In this document: in pieces, positions 1-11,505 of the stretch
How positions within the stretch are numbered: position 1 is the first letter of the stretch
Layout: each line of letters opens with the position of its first letter
Assembly (NCBI RefSeq): GCF_001194135.2
Contig: NC_069001.1
Coordinates: 34,883,979-34,947,978 of the forward strand
Length of the DNA: 64,000 nucleotides
Source of the DNA: Octopus bimaculoides
Taxonomy: Eukaryota
Reading direction: 5' to 3'
Translations under genes and position numbers: made by a program
The notes under the pieces: model-generated
Databases searched by the model: none
What the model saw: the letters and a program-made list of their open reading frames with translations, nothing else
Told to the model about the DNA's origin: nothing

Positions 1-188
1 GTTGTGCCTGTAATTCAAAGGGTCAGCCTTGTCATACTGTGTCACGCTGAATATCCCCGAGAACTACGTTAAGGGTACACGTGTCTGTGGAGTGCTCAGC
101 CACTTGCACGTTAATCTCAAGAGCAGGCTGTTCCGTTGATCGGATCAACTGGAACCCTCGACGTCGTAAGCGACAGAGTACCAACAAC
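1..188 (+). mobile_element. 3' half of tRNA-derived SINE, family D/E shared tail (cut by window start)
   Basis: Near-identical to 36640-36781 (+), the reverse complement of 49752-49950, and the tail of 11506-11825; ends GGAACCCTCGACGTCGTAAGCGAC...CCAACAAC. Confidence 0.9.
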
Positions 189-315
189 ATAAAAGTCACG
201 AAATCTTTCTTCGCGCTAAAGAAACCGAGCAATTGTTTCGTGGGACAATATCATCGACCAGCGACACACGCACAGAAGTTTATTCACTCAAATCTTTTAC
301 TATTTCCCAATCACA

Positions 316-440
316 TTGTTCCGGTTTCAGTCCCACTGCTTAGCACTTTATGCAAGTGTCTTCTACTTTGGCCTTGGATCGACCAAAGCCCTGTGAGTGG
401 ATTTGGTGGACGGACACTGAATGAAGCACGTCACATCTGT
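316..440 (+). mobile_element. Degenerate SINE family B, head and core fragment
   Basis: TTCAGTCCCACTG...GCAAGTGTCTTCTAC...GACCAAAGCCCTGTGAGTGGATTTGG matches 9865-10020. Confidence 0.75.
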
Positions 441-1444
441 ATGCGTGTGTGTGTGTGTGCAGGCCTTCCTACCAAGCATTGCTGTAAACAGCGGAGATGA
501 GCTGGAACGTTGAAACTTAGTGCATATGCACAGCAAAGTTCAAGGTCAATCTGTGCCAAGCGGCTTCACTCTGCGTGCTCCAGCTTCGTTACTATGGCAA
601 CAGTTCGGAAACTTATTGATCAGACCTCGTATATATGTGCGTATAAAAGAATTTGACATATTTTCAGCCTTTTCTCCGTATTTTCCTCTCTGTGTGTGTG
701 TGTGTGTNNNNNNNNNNNNNNNNNNNNNNNNNNNNNNNNNNNNNNNNNNNNNNNNNNNNNNNNNNNNNNNNNNNNNNNNNNNNNNNNNNNNNNNNNNNNN
801 NNNNNNNNNNNNNNNNNNNNNNNNNNNNNNNNNNNNNNNNNNNNNNNNNNNNNNNNNNNNNNNNNNNNNNNNNNNNNNNNNNNNNNNNNNNNNNNNNNNN
901 NNNNNNNNNNNNNNNNNNNNNNNNNNNNNNNNNNNNNNNNNNNNNNNNNNNNNNNNNNNNNNNNNNNNNNNNNNNNNNNNNNNNNNNNNNNNNNNNNNNN
1001 NNNNNNNNNNNNNNNNNNNNNNNNNNNNNNNNNNNNNNNNNNNNNNNNNNNNNNNNNNNNNNNNNNNNNNNNNNNNNNNNNNNNNNNNNNNNNNNNNNNN
1101 NNNNNNNNNNNNNNNNNNNNNNNNNNNNNNNNNNNNNNNNNNNNNNNNNNNNNNNNNNNNNNNNNNNNNNNNNNNNNNNNNNNNNNNNNNNNNNNNNNNN
1201 NNNNNNNNNNNNNNNNNNNNNNNNNNNNNNNNNNNNNNNNNNNNNNNNNNNNNNNNNNNNNNNNNNNNNNNNNNNNNNNNNNNNNNNNNNNNNNNNNNNN
1301 NNNNNNNNNNNNNNNNNNNNNNNNNNNNNNNNNNNNNNNNNNNNNNNNNNNNNNNNNNNNNNNNNNNNNNNNNNNNNNNNNNNNNNNNNNNNNNNNNNNN
1401 NNNNNNNNNNNNNNNNNNNNNNNNNNNNNNNNNNNNNNNNNNNN

Positions 1445-1490
<46 letters not shown>

Positions 1491-1494
1491 TGTG

Positions 1495-1725
1495 TGTGTA
1501 TATGTTTGTGTGTCTACGTTTGTAACCCCGAGCATCGCTTGACAACCGATGCTGGTGTGTTTACGTCCCCGTAACTTAGCGTTTCGGCAAAAAAGACCGA
1601 TAGAATAAGTACTAGGCTTCCAAAGAATAAGTCCTGAGGTCGATTTGCTCGACTAAAAGGTGGTACTCCAGCATGGCCACAGTCAAATGACTGAAACAAG
1701 TAAAAGAGTAAGGAGTAAAGAGTAT
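1495..1725 (+). mobile_element. SINE family B 3' tail
   Basis: CATCGCTTGACAACCGATGCTGGTGTGTTTACGTCCCCGTAACTTAGC...CTCCAGCATGGCCACAGTCAAATGACTGAAACAAGTAAAAGAG; reverse complement of copies at 12552 and 39409. Confidence 0.9.
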
Positions 1726-2131
1726 GTACCAACACAACATCAGCTATATACCATGGGTACTACAACATTAAGACTTGACACTTCACCACTACCACTGTCA
1801 CCAGTGCACTGTCACCAGTGCACTGTCACTACAGCTTCATCCTTCCACCATCACCACAATTACAAAGTCACCAAACCACCACTGTCACCAACGCCATCAC
1901 ACCTACACCACCATTACAACAATAGCAACACCGCAACAACGTCGCTTCCACGCCATTACCACCATCCTTTCACCTCTACCTTTAATGAAGGGCGTTCCAA
2001 TCGTGACCGTTCCTCTTTTATACATTGGCGTGGATAGACAAAGCGGAGCTCCTTGGTATTTTTAAAGCGCAAAAACAAAAAAACACTGGATATTGTCGGC
2101 TGCTTTCAATGATACATGTGGCAGATAACAC

Positions 2132-2175
<44 letters not shown>

Positions 2176-2855
2176 ACACACNNNNNNNNNNNNNNNNNNN
2201 NNNNNNNNNNNNNNNNNNNNNNNNNNNNNNNNNNNNNNNNNNNNNNNNNNNNNNNNNNNNNNNNNNNNNNNNNNNNNNNNNNNNNNNNNNNNNNNNNNNN
2301 NNNNNNNNNNNNNNNNNNNNNNNNNNNNNNNNNNNNNNNNNNNNNNNNNNNNNNNNNNNNNNNNNNNNNNNNNNNNNNNNNNNNNNNNNNNNNNNNNNNN
2401 NNNNNNNNNNNNNNNNNNNNNNNNNNNNNNNNNNNNNNNNNNNNNNNNNNNNNNNNNNNNNNNNNNNNNNNNNNNNNNNNNNNNNNNNNNNNNNNNNNNN
2501 NNNNNNNNNNNNNNNNNNNNNNNNNNNNNNNNNNNNNNNNNNNNNNNNNNNNNNNNNNNNNNNNNNNNNNNNNNNNNNNNNNNNNNNNNNNNNNNNNNNN
2601 NNNNNNNNNNNNNNNNNNNNNNNNNNNNNNNNNNNNNNNNNNNNNNNNNNNNNNNNNNNNNNNNNNNNNNNNNNNNNNNNNNNNNNNNNNNNNNNNNNNN
2701 NNNNNNNNNNNNNNNNNNNNNNNNNNNNNNNNNNNNNNNNNNNNNNNNNNNNNNNNNNNNNNNNNNNNNNNNNNNNNNNNNNNNNNCCTCTCACACACAC
2801 ACACACACACTGTCTCTCTCTCTCCCTCTCTATCTCTCTCTCTCTCTCTCTCTCC

Positions 2856-2895
<40 letters not shown>

Positions 2896-3387
2896 CACAC
2901 GGGCACACACACACACTGACAGTAAACTAAATGATCACTTCGGGTTGTCAAAATCTAGAAGCGTCATATAAAATTGTGAACAACACAAACGAAATTTCTT
3001 AATCCAACAATAACAAATAAATAAATAAATAAAATTACCAACAAATAAATAACTAGATAAAAAAAACGAATTCTAAGTAATAAAGAGATCAGGTGAGGTC
3101 ACTTCCGGTACGAGTACGAAAGAGAATGTGGTGGTGGTGGTGGTGGTGGGAGGTGAGTAAGGTAGTGGAAACAAGAGGTCATGTGGCTTTCTGACTCGTC
3201 TCCTTCACTTGTCTGTTTGGCGTGAAACATTTTTAAAGATTTCCAGATACACGATGAGGTTTTCCAGATAAAAGGCGATATGCATGACCATGAAACTATA
3301 GATGTCTCGATCCCAATTTAATTCGTTTATTTTTATCGATTGTGTTTTCAGCTGGTATTTTTCATTTTAATATTTTAGCTTTTTCTA

Positions 3388-3603
3388 GGGCGGCAGAACT
3401 GGCAGAAACGTTAGCACACCGGGCGAAATGCTTAGCGGTATTTCGTCTGACTTTATGTTCTAAATTCAAATTCCGCCGAGGTCGACTTTGCCTTTCATCC
3501 TTACGGGGTTGATAAATTAAGTACCAGTTGCGTACTGGTCTCGATCTAATCGATGGCACCCTCTCTAAAAATTTCGGGCCTTGTGCCTAGAGTAGAAAAG
3601 GAT
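3388..3603 (+). mobile_element. Full-length tRNA-derived SINE family A
   Basis: GGCGGCAGAACTGGCAGAAACGTTAGC head, B-box-like TTCAAATTCC, central GGTCGACTTTGCCTTTCATCC...GATAAATTAAGTACCAG domain; more than 10 copies in the window. Confidence 0.9.
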
Positions 3604-4262
3604 ATATTTATCTTTTATTTCTTTCGGTCATTTGACTACGACCATGCTGTAGCACCGCCTTGAACGATTAGCCCAATGTTTCTCAGCCATTTTGTGCCTT
3701 TTCTTTTATTCTTTTACNNNNNNNNNNNNNNNNNNNNNNNNNNNNNNNNNNNNNNNNNNNNNNNNNNNNNNNNNNNNNNNNNNNNNNNNNNNNNNNNNNN
3801 NNNNNNNNNNNNNNNNNNNNNNNNNNNNNNNNNNNNNNNNNNNNNNNNNNNNNNNNNNNNNNNNNNNNNNNNNNNNNNNNNNNNNNNNNNNNNNNNNNNN
3901 NNNNNNNNNNNNNNNNNNNNNNNNNNNNNNNNNNNNNNNNNNNNNNNNNNNNNNNNNNNNNNNNNNNNNNNNNNNNNNNNNNNNNNNNNNNNNNNNNNNN
4001 NNNNNNNNNNNNNNNNNNNNNNNNNNNNNNNNNNNNNNNNNNNNNNNNNNNNNNNNNNNNNNNNNNNNNNNNNNNNNNNNNNNNNNNNNNNNNNNNNNNN
4101 NNNNNNNNNNNNNNNNNNNNNNNNNNNNNNNNNNNNNNNNNNNNNNNNNNNNNNNNNNNNNNNNNNNNNNNNNNNNNNNNNNNNNNNNNNNNNNNNNNNN
4201 NNNNNNNNNNNNNNNNNNNNNNNNNNNNNNNNNNNNNNNNNNNNNNNNNNNNNNNNNNNNNN

Positions 4263-4488
4263 TTATTGCCCATAAGGGGCTAAACATAGAAAGGACAAAC
4301 AAGGACAGACAAAAGGATTAAGTCGATTACATCGACCCCAGTGCGTAACTGGTACTTAATTTATCGACTCCGAAAGGATGAAAGGCAAAGTCGACCTCGG
4401 CAGAATTTGAACTAAGAACGTAACGGCAGACGAAATACTGCTAAGCATTTCGCCCGGCGTGCTAACGTTTCTGCCAGCTCGTCGCCTT
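4263..4488 (-). mobile_element. SINE family A, variant with alternative 3' tail
   Basis: Reverse complement of family A head and core, joined to a ...TTTGTCTGTCCTTGTTTGTCC...TTTAGCCCCTTATGGGCAATAA tail also seen at 43340-43478. Confidence 0.9.
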
Positions 4489-4544
4489 ACTATACAGCCA
4501 CGCATGCGTCTATGGACACCTTTGATTCCTACCATACAGCTACG

Positions 4545-4772
4545 CATGCGCTATGGACACCTTTGATTCCTATTTTATTAGGATGGACCCCCACAGCCAT
4601 TCGATGTTTAAAAAAATCCTATATATATTATTAAATATTATTAGGAATTGTGTTAAAAAATTGTCAAACTATTTTGCATATTGTAGGCGTACAACTAGTT
4701 TATGGCAAATAAATTCTAACAAAAAAAAATCCTATATGGATCTCTAAGAGTCATACGGGCCCCGGTTAAGAA
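4545..4772 (-). mobile_element. hAT-type MITE, partial
   Basis: Reverse-complement similarity to 35529-35771 and 58032-58269 (GGGGTCCAT...AATAGGAATCAAAGG motifs). Confidence 0.65.
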
Positions 4773-5461
4773 AACGATTTCTCCTGTCTACCTTCTCTTA
4801 CTGGTATTTCATTTTATCGGCCACGAAGGGATGAAAAGCAAACATTGAACTGGTCTGGAATCGAAAGCAGAGCGCTTGAAAGCTGGAACGCAAATAACAC
4901 AGGGATGGTATTTTGTGCTTCGCTCTGTCGAATCTGCCAATTTCACCCTGGTTTAGTCAAACAAATCGACCCCAGCATTTATTTTTTAACACCTGATGCT
5001 TATTGAAACGGTTCTTTTGCTAAACCTCCATCTTACGGTTTGCCAAAGTGCTAATTTTTCGTCAAAACATACGAGGAAACAAGGTGAGATGTAAAACTTA
5101 TGCGACCCCATTCCAATTTTGTTTTGTTTTCTTTAACTTCCGACGTAATCCGTAATCTCCATTTGAAACGCATTACCTGAAAATTTTATTTAAAAAAAAA
5201 TCCAGTTTCCAGAAAGTTACAAAGAAACAAATCAAGACGTGTGAATTATCCAAAACTCCTCATTCCACAAGCTCCCAAAAAATGTTTCGTGACAACTTCC
5301 GATATAATTTCAATCGAAGCCTTCAAAAATGTTTCTCTGGAAAATTTCATCAAAAAATATAATGAAACATAGTCGGTGGATATAACACGTCAGTTGATGC
5401 CCTGAATACATCCAAACATGCATACATACATACATACATACATACATACATACATACATAC

Positions 5462-5981
5462 AAGCTTAGAGAAAAAGAGAACAACTACGCCGAGCTACTG
5501 AGAAATTTGCAGATACTCCACCCAGACTACAAGTTCAGATTCATACCCGTGATTGTTGGGGCATTGGGATATGTAACGAACTGCCTCAACAAAAACCTGG
5601 AAAAATTAGGGTTCTCAAAACCTGAAAGAAAAAGGCTGATTAGAAGACTACAAATTCAAGCCATCAATGGAACTGTAAAGATATGTAAAACTTTCCAAAA
5701 GTTTAGCACATAAATACATATGCATGCATCTAGACNNNNNNNNNNCTGCGCATAAATACATATGCATACGCCTAGACATGAAAATATATACATAAAAACG
5801 CATCCATAAAACAAACATACAAATCTGCGCATGCACTAACACCAAATACTGCACACACACACACATATGCACAAATACCTAGATGATGTTGATAAAAGTT
5901 CCAATGAAGGAGCCTTGAATCTATGTTAGAGTCCGGCTCTTTCTCTATGGACAAGAAATACAGAAATGAAACTGATTGATA
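5462..5981 (+). mobile_element. 5'-truncated non-LTR retrotransposon (R4/Dong-like RLE C-terminus plus 3' UTR), copy 1
   Basis: Open frame 5462-5713: KLREKENNYAELLRNLQILHPDYKFRFIPVIVGALG...LEKLG...LQIQAINGTVKICKTF*, the typical K..Y..L / IPVIVGALG / GT.KI end of restriction-like-endonuclease LINE ORFs; flanked by (TACA)n. Confidence 0.8.
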
Positions 5982-6100
5982 ACATACATACATATATACA
6001 TACATACATACGTACGTACGTACGCATATGCATGCATATATAATACAAACATACATTCATACATTCATGCATACATGTACATACATACACACATACGTAC

Positions 6101-6449
6101 GAAAATCAAAGAAAAAGAGGATATATATGGACAACTGCTTCGAAACCTCCAGCTTCTATATCCAGACTATGAATTCATATTCATACCAATAATTGGAGCA
6201 CTAAGTTTTGGTAGTAAACGCTTAAAGGAGAATCTGGATAAACTGGGATTTTCACAAAGAGAAATCGACCGGCTAATTCGTACAAGTGCAATCCGTAAGT
6301 GGAACAATAAAAATATGCAAGACGTTTCTCAAGTTCTAAATGTGAATTTGTCAGTTTTAATTACATCTCAAAGATAGAGCCTTGTATCTTTGTTGGAAAC
6401 CGGCTCCGTCCTCAGTAGAAGATTTATAATAATTAAAAAATAGAAGAGA
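6101..6449 (+). mobile_element. 5'-truncated R4/Dong-like RLE retrotransposon end, copy 2 (frameshifted)
   Basis: KIKEKEDIYGQLLRNLQLLYPDYEFIFIPIIGAL...LDKLGFS...LIR, then a shifted frame QVQSVSGTIKICKTFLKF*; 3' UTR shares GAGCCTTG.ATCT.TGTT.GA..CCGGCTC with copy 1. Confidence 0.75.
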
Positions 6450-7309
6450 CATACATACATGATGATGAGGGCCGACCATTGCTGACCTTCAGGAACATTG
6501 TGCGCTCTAGGACTAAGGAATATTTTGCATTTACGACTCCGTTGGTGGCTATACATGACTGCAAACATTGCAGACCGAGCTTTCTCATCATAAAGACATG
6601 GAATTTAATTAAATTAAAACAGATGGACACATTAGTATAATTTTTATCTAAAATCTCCAAGAAGGTAAGGAGATAGACAAAGAACATGCTGCCTTCACGT
6701 CAGCTTAGAAGCTACTAGAAGCTTAGTATTATTATATAACTTTACACTCATCAGAGTTAGCCAATATGGAAGGGAATATGGTGACTGCTCTCTATTGTCG
6801 GAGGTGGATTAGCACAACCGGTCAGCGTTGTTGTAAAAAAAGGTAGTGGAACGAAAAAGGTTCCAGGGGATTAGTTTAGGAGTTATGTCACTGGGTAGGG
6901 GATGCAGTGAAGCCGGCAAGAGTTATCTTGCGTGGCGAAAGTGTGATGGGACGTGTGGTATGTGAAGCTGTGTCATATGTGTAATTTTTTGCGGGTGTGT
7001 GGGTATATATAGGTGTGTTCGTTGATTTGATCTCTTTCTGTAAAGGATAAAGTTGGTGGGGATATGTTAGTGTGTGGTGTTAGCATAGGATCTGTGTATG
7101 TGTGGGGGTACAATTTGTGTGAAAGGGTATGTGTTGGGGGAGACAGTTTATTTTGTGAGGTGTCCACCTTATAGGGGAGCGTGCGTGTCTGCTTTACAGG
7201 GGTGTGTACGTATGAGTACATGGGTGCCTTGGAGTGTGCTTTGATCAAACTCTTTTTTGCCAAGCTTAAGGGCAATGGTGGAAGATCTTTTGCGGAAGGT
7301 CGAGGCAGG

Positions 7310-7697
7310 GGACTTGTGGCTGCAGTCATGGTGGGTCATGCAGGTACGATAGAATGTACTTCCTTTCATGGTATTCAGGTAGACATCCGGGCGTTCGGTA
7401 CCTTTTAAAATTGCTCTCTTCGCAGAGAGGCATAAGCTGCAGTTTCTGCTACAATTGAAGCACGGTGTGCATCTTTTGAGGATCTTCATCTCGTGGCGTA
7501 TTTTTTCAAAATCAAGACGTGGCTACGGTTGTGGCGTTAGACCTCTCTGGGATGCGGAATGAGGACTTGTGATTATTAAAGCGGATTCAGAAGGGACCTT
7601 CTGTTGCCCCCACATACTTCTGCACGTTCGGTTGTCCATTGGATCCTGTTGCTGTTACTTCTGCCTCGCAAAAAACTGTTACTGCACTGCTGTGTTT
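7310..7697 (-). pseudogene. Penelope-like element GIY-YIG endonuclease relic
   Basis: Manual minus-strand translation: VFCEAEVT...KYVGATEGPF*IRFNNHKSSF...NATT, then ILKRCTPCFNCSRNCSLCLSAKRAILK...YLN...C; matches the YxG-TE / RxxNH and CxLC-EK-like layout of Penelope endonuclease C-termini; contains in-frame stops. Confidence 0.75.
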
Positions 7698-8260
7698 ATA
7701 TATATATNNNNNNNNNNNNNNNNNNNNNNNNNNNNNNNNNNNNNNNNNNNNNNNNNNNNNNNNNNNNNNNNNNNNNNNNNNNNNNNNNNNNNNNNNNNNN
7801 NNNNNNNNNNNNNNNNNNNNNNNNNNNNNNNNNNNNNNNNNNNNNNNNNNNNNNNNNNNNNNNNNNNNNNNNNNNNNNNNNNNNNNNNNNNNNNNNNNNN
7901 NNNNNNNNNNNNNNNNNNNNNNNNNNNNNNNNNNNNNNNNNNNNNNNNNNNNNNNNNNNNNNNNNNNNNNNNNNNNNNNNNNNNNNNNNNNNNNNNNNNN
8001 NNNNNNNNNNNNNNNNNNNNNNNNNNNNNNNNNNNNNNNNNNNNNNNNNNNNNNNNNNNNNNNNNNNNNNNNNNNNNNNNNNNNNNNNNNNNNNNNNNNN
8101 NNNNNNNNNNNNNNNNNNNNNNNNNNNNNNNNNNNNNNNNNNNNNNNNNNNNNNNNNNNNNNNNNNNNNNNNNNNNNNNNNNNNNNNNNNNNNNNNNNNN
8201 NNNNNNNNNNNNNNNNNNNNNNNNNNNNNNNNNNNNNNNNNNNNNNNNNNNNNNNNNNNN

Positions 8261-8295
<35 letters not shown>

Positions 8296-8896
8296 GTATA
8301 AGCAGGCCATGTGGTTGGAAGCAACCTTCTACCCACACAGTCTCGCCTTCCATAAAGATGTTTTCATGTGAAGCACTACATTCTGTAGAATGTTCTGTGG
8401 GTTTCATTTTAGGGTAGAACGGTATAATTTTGAGGAATATTCGGTTCCTACTTTTAGCAAATTAAACGACAATGTGGAAGCCCAATGACTGGCTGGTTGT
8501 GGCGGTTATGCTTACGACAGTAACGATCAATGAATGAACGAACGTTGTCTTTATTGGAAACCGACTGCTTCCTAGTACTGTCATGCCTGCGGTCGTAGAC
8601 AAATTATACACTCACACACGCCCGCACGTGCGCATCTTATTACCAAGTATATATATATATATATACACACAAATACATCCATCCATCCATCCATCCATAC
8701 ATACATACATACATGCGTACATACATATACGCATAAGCAGAAATTATGTATACCCACACGCATATACATCCAAATTCATAGATGGGCATATTGAGACATT
8801 AAATATTTACTGACTTTATTCAATTTATGTAATTAGCTAAATTAACAAACCTAATTATAAAACTTTCGTCCACTGTGCTTGTTTCGTATGGAGAAC

Positions 8897-8935
<39 letters not shown>

Positions 8936-8989
8936 TGTGTGTATGTATATATATATCTATATATGTGTATGTAAGTACGTGCGTATCTA

Positions 8990-9027
<38 letters not shown>

Positions 9028-9113
9028 CATATATATTTATATATATGTATGCGTGTCCGTTTATACGTGTGTATATATTTGTGTGCATGTGTGAATGTGT
9101 CTGTCTCTGTTTA

Positions 9114-9117
<4 letters not shown>

Positions 9118-9194
<77 letters not shown>
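9118..9194. repeat. (TG)n microsatellite, one of dozens of CA/TG, TA, GA and GATA tracts
   Basis: Directly visible pure dinucleotide run. Confidence 0.98.
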
Positions 9195-9195
<1 letters not shown>

Positions 9196-9677
9196 TGTGC
9201 GTGTATGTGTTCTATTCGTCTACATAACATATTTTGGAGTTTGTAATTGCGATTAGTCAAAGATACGTATTTGCACACACACACACACACACATATTCAC
9301 ACACACAGATATACATACCCTCCTGCCCTACCTACCGAATGACCTGCCTACATACACACACATACATGTATTCATATATACATTCTTGCATACATACACA
9401 TATTCACACATAGTACATACATACATACATACGAGAATGTATATACTTATGAAGAAAATGAAGAAAACTTCCAAGGAAAGTTTGACAATGGCGACATGTC
9501 TATGAAGACGTTTGCAACTGTCTCTTCTTGACATTCTCCGAAGTCTCCCGCAGACATCCAGCCTTCACCAGCCACGATTACCTCTCAGGATGCTCTCTAA
9601 TTAGTTTGTCTTCTATACAGACACGCCACCAAAAACAAACTTATCTTTTGAAACAAAGAAGTAAGAAAGAATGTATA

Positions 9678-10021
9678 CCGTAAATCCTCGAGTATAGTCC
9701 GCCCTTGAGTATAATGCGCAGGGGATTTTAGGAAGCTGTACCTCTGAAAATCCTAAACCTTGTGTATAATACGCACCCCTTCCCTAACTTGAGTCAAGGA
9801 GGTCTATATAACGTCCTTGGATTGTAAACATATAATAGGGTAACATGCTTTATTATTATTGTATAGGAGTGGCTGTGTGGTAAGTAGCTTGCTTACCAAC
9901 CACATGGTTCCGGGTTCAATCCCACTGCGTGGCACCTTGGGCAAGTGTTTTCTACAATAGACTCGGGCCGACCAAAGCCTTGTGAGTGGATTTGGTAGAC
10001 GGAAACTGAAAGAAGCCCGTC

Positions 10022-10057
<36 letters not shown>

Positions 10058-10515
10058 NNNNNNNNNNNNNNNNNNNNNNNNNNNNNNNNNNNNNNNNNNN
10101 NNNNNNNNNNNNNNNNNNNNNNNNNNNNNNNNNNNNNNNNNNNNNNNNNNNNNNNNNNNNNNNNNNNNNNNNNNNNNNNNNNNNNNNNNNNNNNNNNNNN
10201 NNNNNNNNNNNNNNNNNCTCCAGCATGGCCACAGTCAAATTACAGAAACAAATAACAAAAAAAAAAAGAAAAAAAGAAAATAACATAATGCAAACGTGTA
10301 GCTTTTTTGTGCACTTTGTTTGCAAAAAATAAAGAAATAACAGTAATAACGCCAGTGAAAAATAAATATTAAGTAAATTGCCTTTATATATTTATCACTT
10401 AGAAAATTTTGCTTAGAAAATATTTTTCATTTTTAACCTCGTATATAGTACGCACTAGAAATTTTGACCTTTAAATTTTGGGAAAAAAGTGCGGATTATA
10501 CTCGAGGATTTACGG
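9678..10515. mobile_element. Non-autonomous Tc1/mariner-superfamily element (Tc2/pogo-like termini) with a nested SINE
   Basis: Left end CCGTAAATCCTCGAGTATAGTCCGC and right end GCGGATTATACTCGAGGATTTACGG are inverted repeats (one mismatch), both flanked by TA (9676-9677, 10516-10517). Confidence 0.85.
9865..10280 (+). mobile_element. SINE family B (tRNA head, CORE-like GCACCTTGGGCAAGTG, internal microsatellite, 3' tail), gap inside
   Basis: GGCTGTGTGGTAAGTAGC...GGTTCAATCCC head; tail CTCCAGCATGGCCACAGTCAAAT after the gap. Confidence 0.9.
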
Positions 10516-11285
10516 TAATAATTCGTTTTTGTATACGGTTTGCAACATTCGTGACGTGAACTCGGATGTTGGAACAGATTTAGTTGTATCTTGGGAGGGT
10601 CGTTATGTCAATAATAAACACGCGCACTGGTTCTGTTTCACTTTTTTATTTTTATTAGTGAACTAGTCAACCGTTTAGGTCAATCAATCAATCAACTAAC
10701 AAACCATTGGTCGCACAAACGATTAGTTAATTAGCTAAATGGTTAACTAGTTAGATTGATGATAATCCAACCATACCATCATGTTTTGTTCGGAACATGT
10801 AGGACTTCATTATTGAACGTGCTATTTTCCTTATTTTCGCAAGTAGGCTTATGATTTAGCTGTTATCTCTAGCCTGTAACTTCCCGAACGAGAAATATTA
10901 AGAAATTTGAATTTATGTTGGTTATTACTGATTTAAAAAACCTTGGTTATTCCTCATCCATCAGAGTTAATTTCAAAACCGTCCGGTTATGACCATTCCA
11001 CCTTTAATACAGACGTAGTACATGACTTAACCACCAGGTCCAATCCTTCTTACAGTGAGGTTAGTTTGTGTACCACAATGACCCTTAGAACTAGGGCCTC
11101 TCATGCTGGACAAGTCAAAGGGTAGAGGCCAGACCAATATGCACCATCTCTTTCAAGAACTAAAAATGGGTTTGCATAGGGCAAAAAGCAGAAATTAATG
11201 GAGTAACTATGTTAAATGAAATCCAACGAGACCTGGAAGAGGAAGGCCTTCTCTTGGGAGGAAACAGGACGTGGTGCAGCAAAAT

Positions 11286-11495
11286 TCGAAAGGAAACCGA
11301 CATTTTGCACTACACGTCAAACCCTGACCTGAAAACCCACTCGGAAGGTGGAAGAGAGAACACCCTGAAGATAGCAGGAAGCGGGATGCTGAAGCAGAAA
11401 TGATAACAGCAGCCCAGAGTCGAGAACAGTGGAGAAAAATCTTCGATGACCAGCTAATTCTCTATAGGGAGCGAAGGGTTTAAATAAGTAGTATG
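11286..11495 (+). pseudogene. 3' end relic of an RTE-clade LINE
   Basis: With one frameshift: RKPTFCTTRQTLT*/NPLGRWKREHPEDSRKRDAEAEMITAAQSREQWRKIFDDQL...RRV*, resembling the RTE C-terminal pattern RKP...TRQALTWNP.GKRKRGRP...AQ.R..WR; short TAAGTAG-like tail. Confidence 0.7.
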
Positions 11496-11505
11496 TAATT
11501 AGATT

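Noticed and set aside
4490-4572. Tandem duplication of about 40 bp at a MITE end; also a ~90-bp tandem at 54820-55000
   Set aside because: Ordinary local slippage duplications with no further structure.
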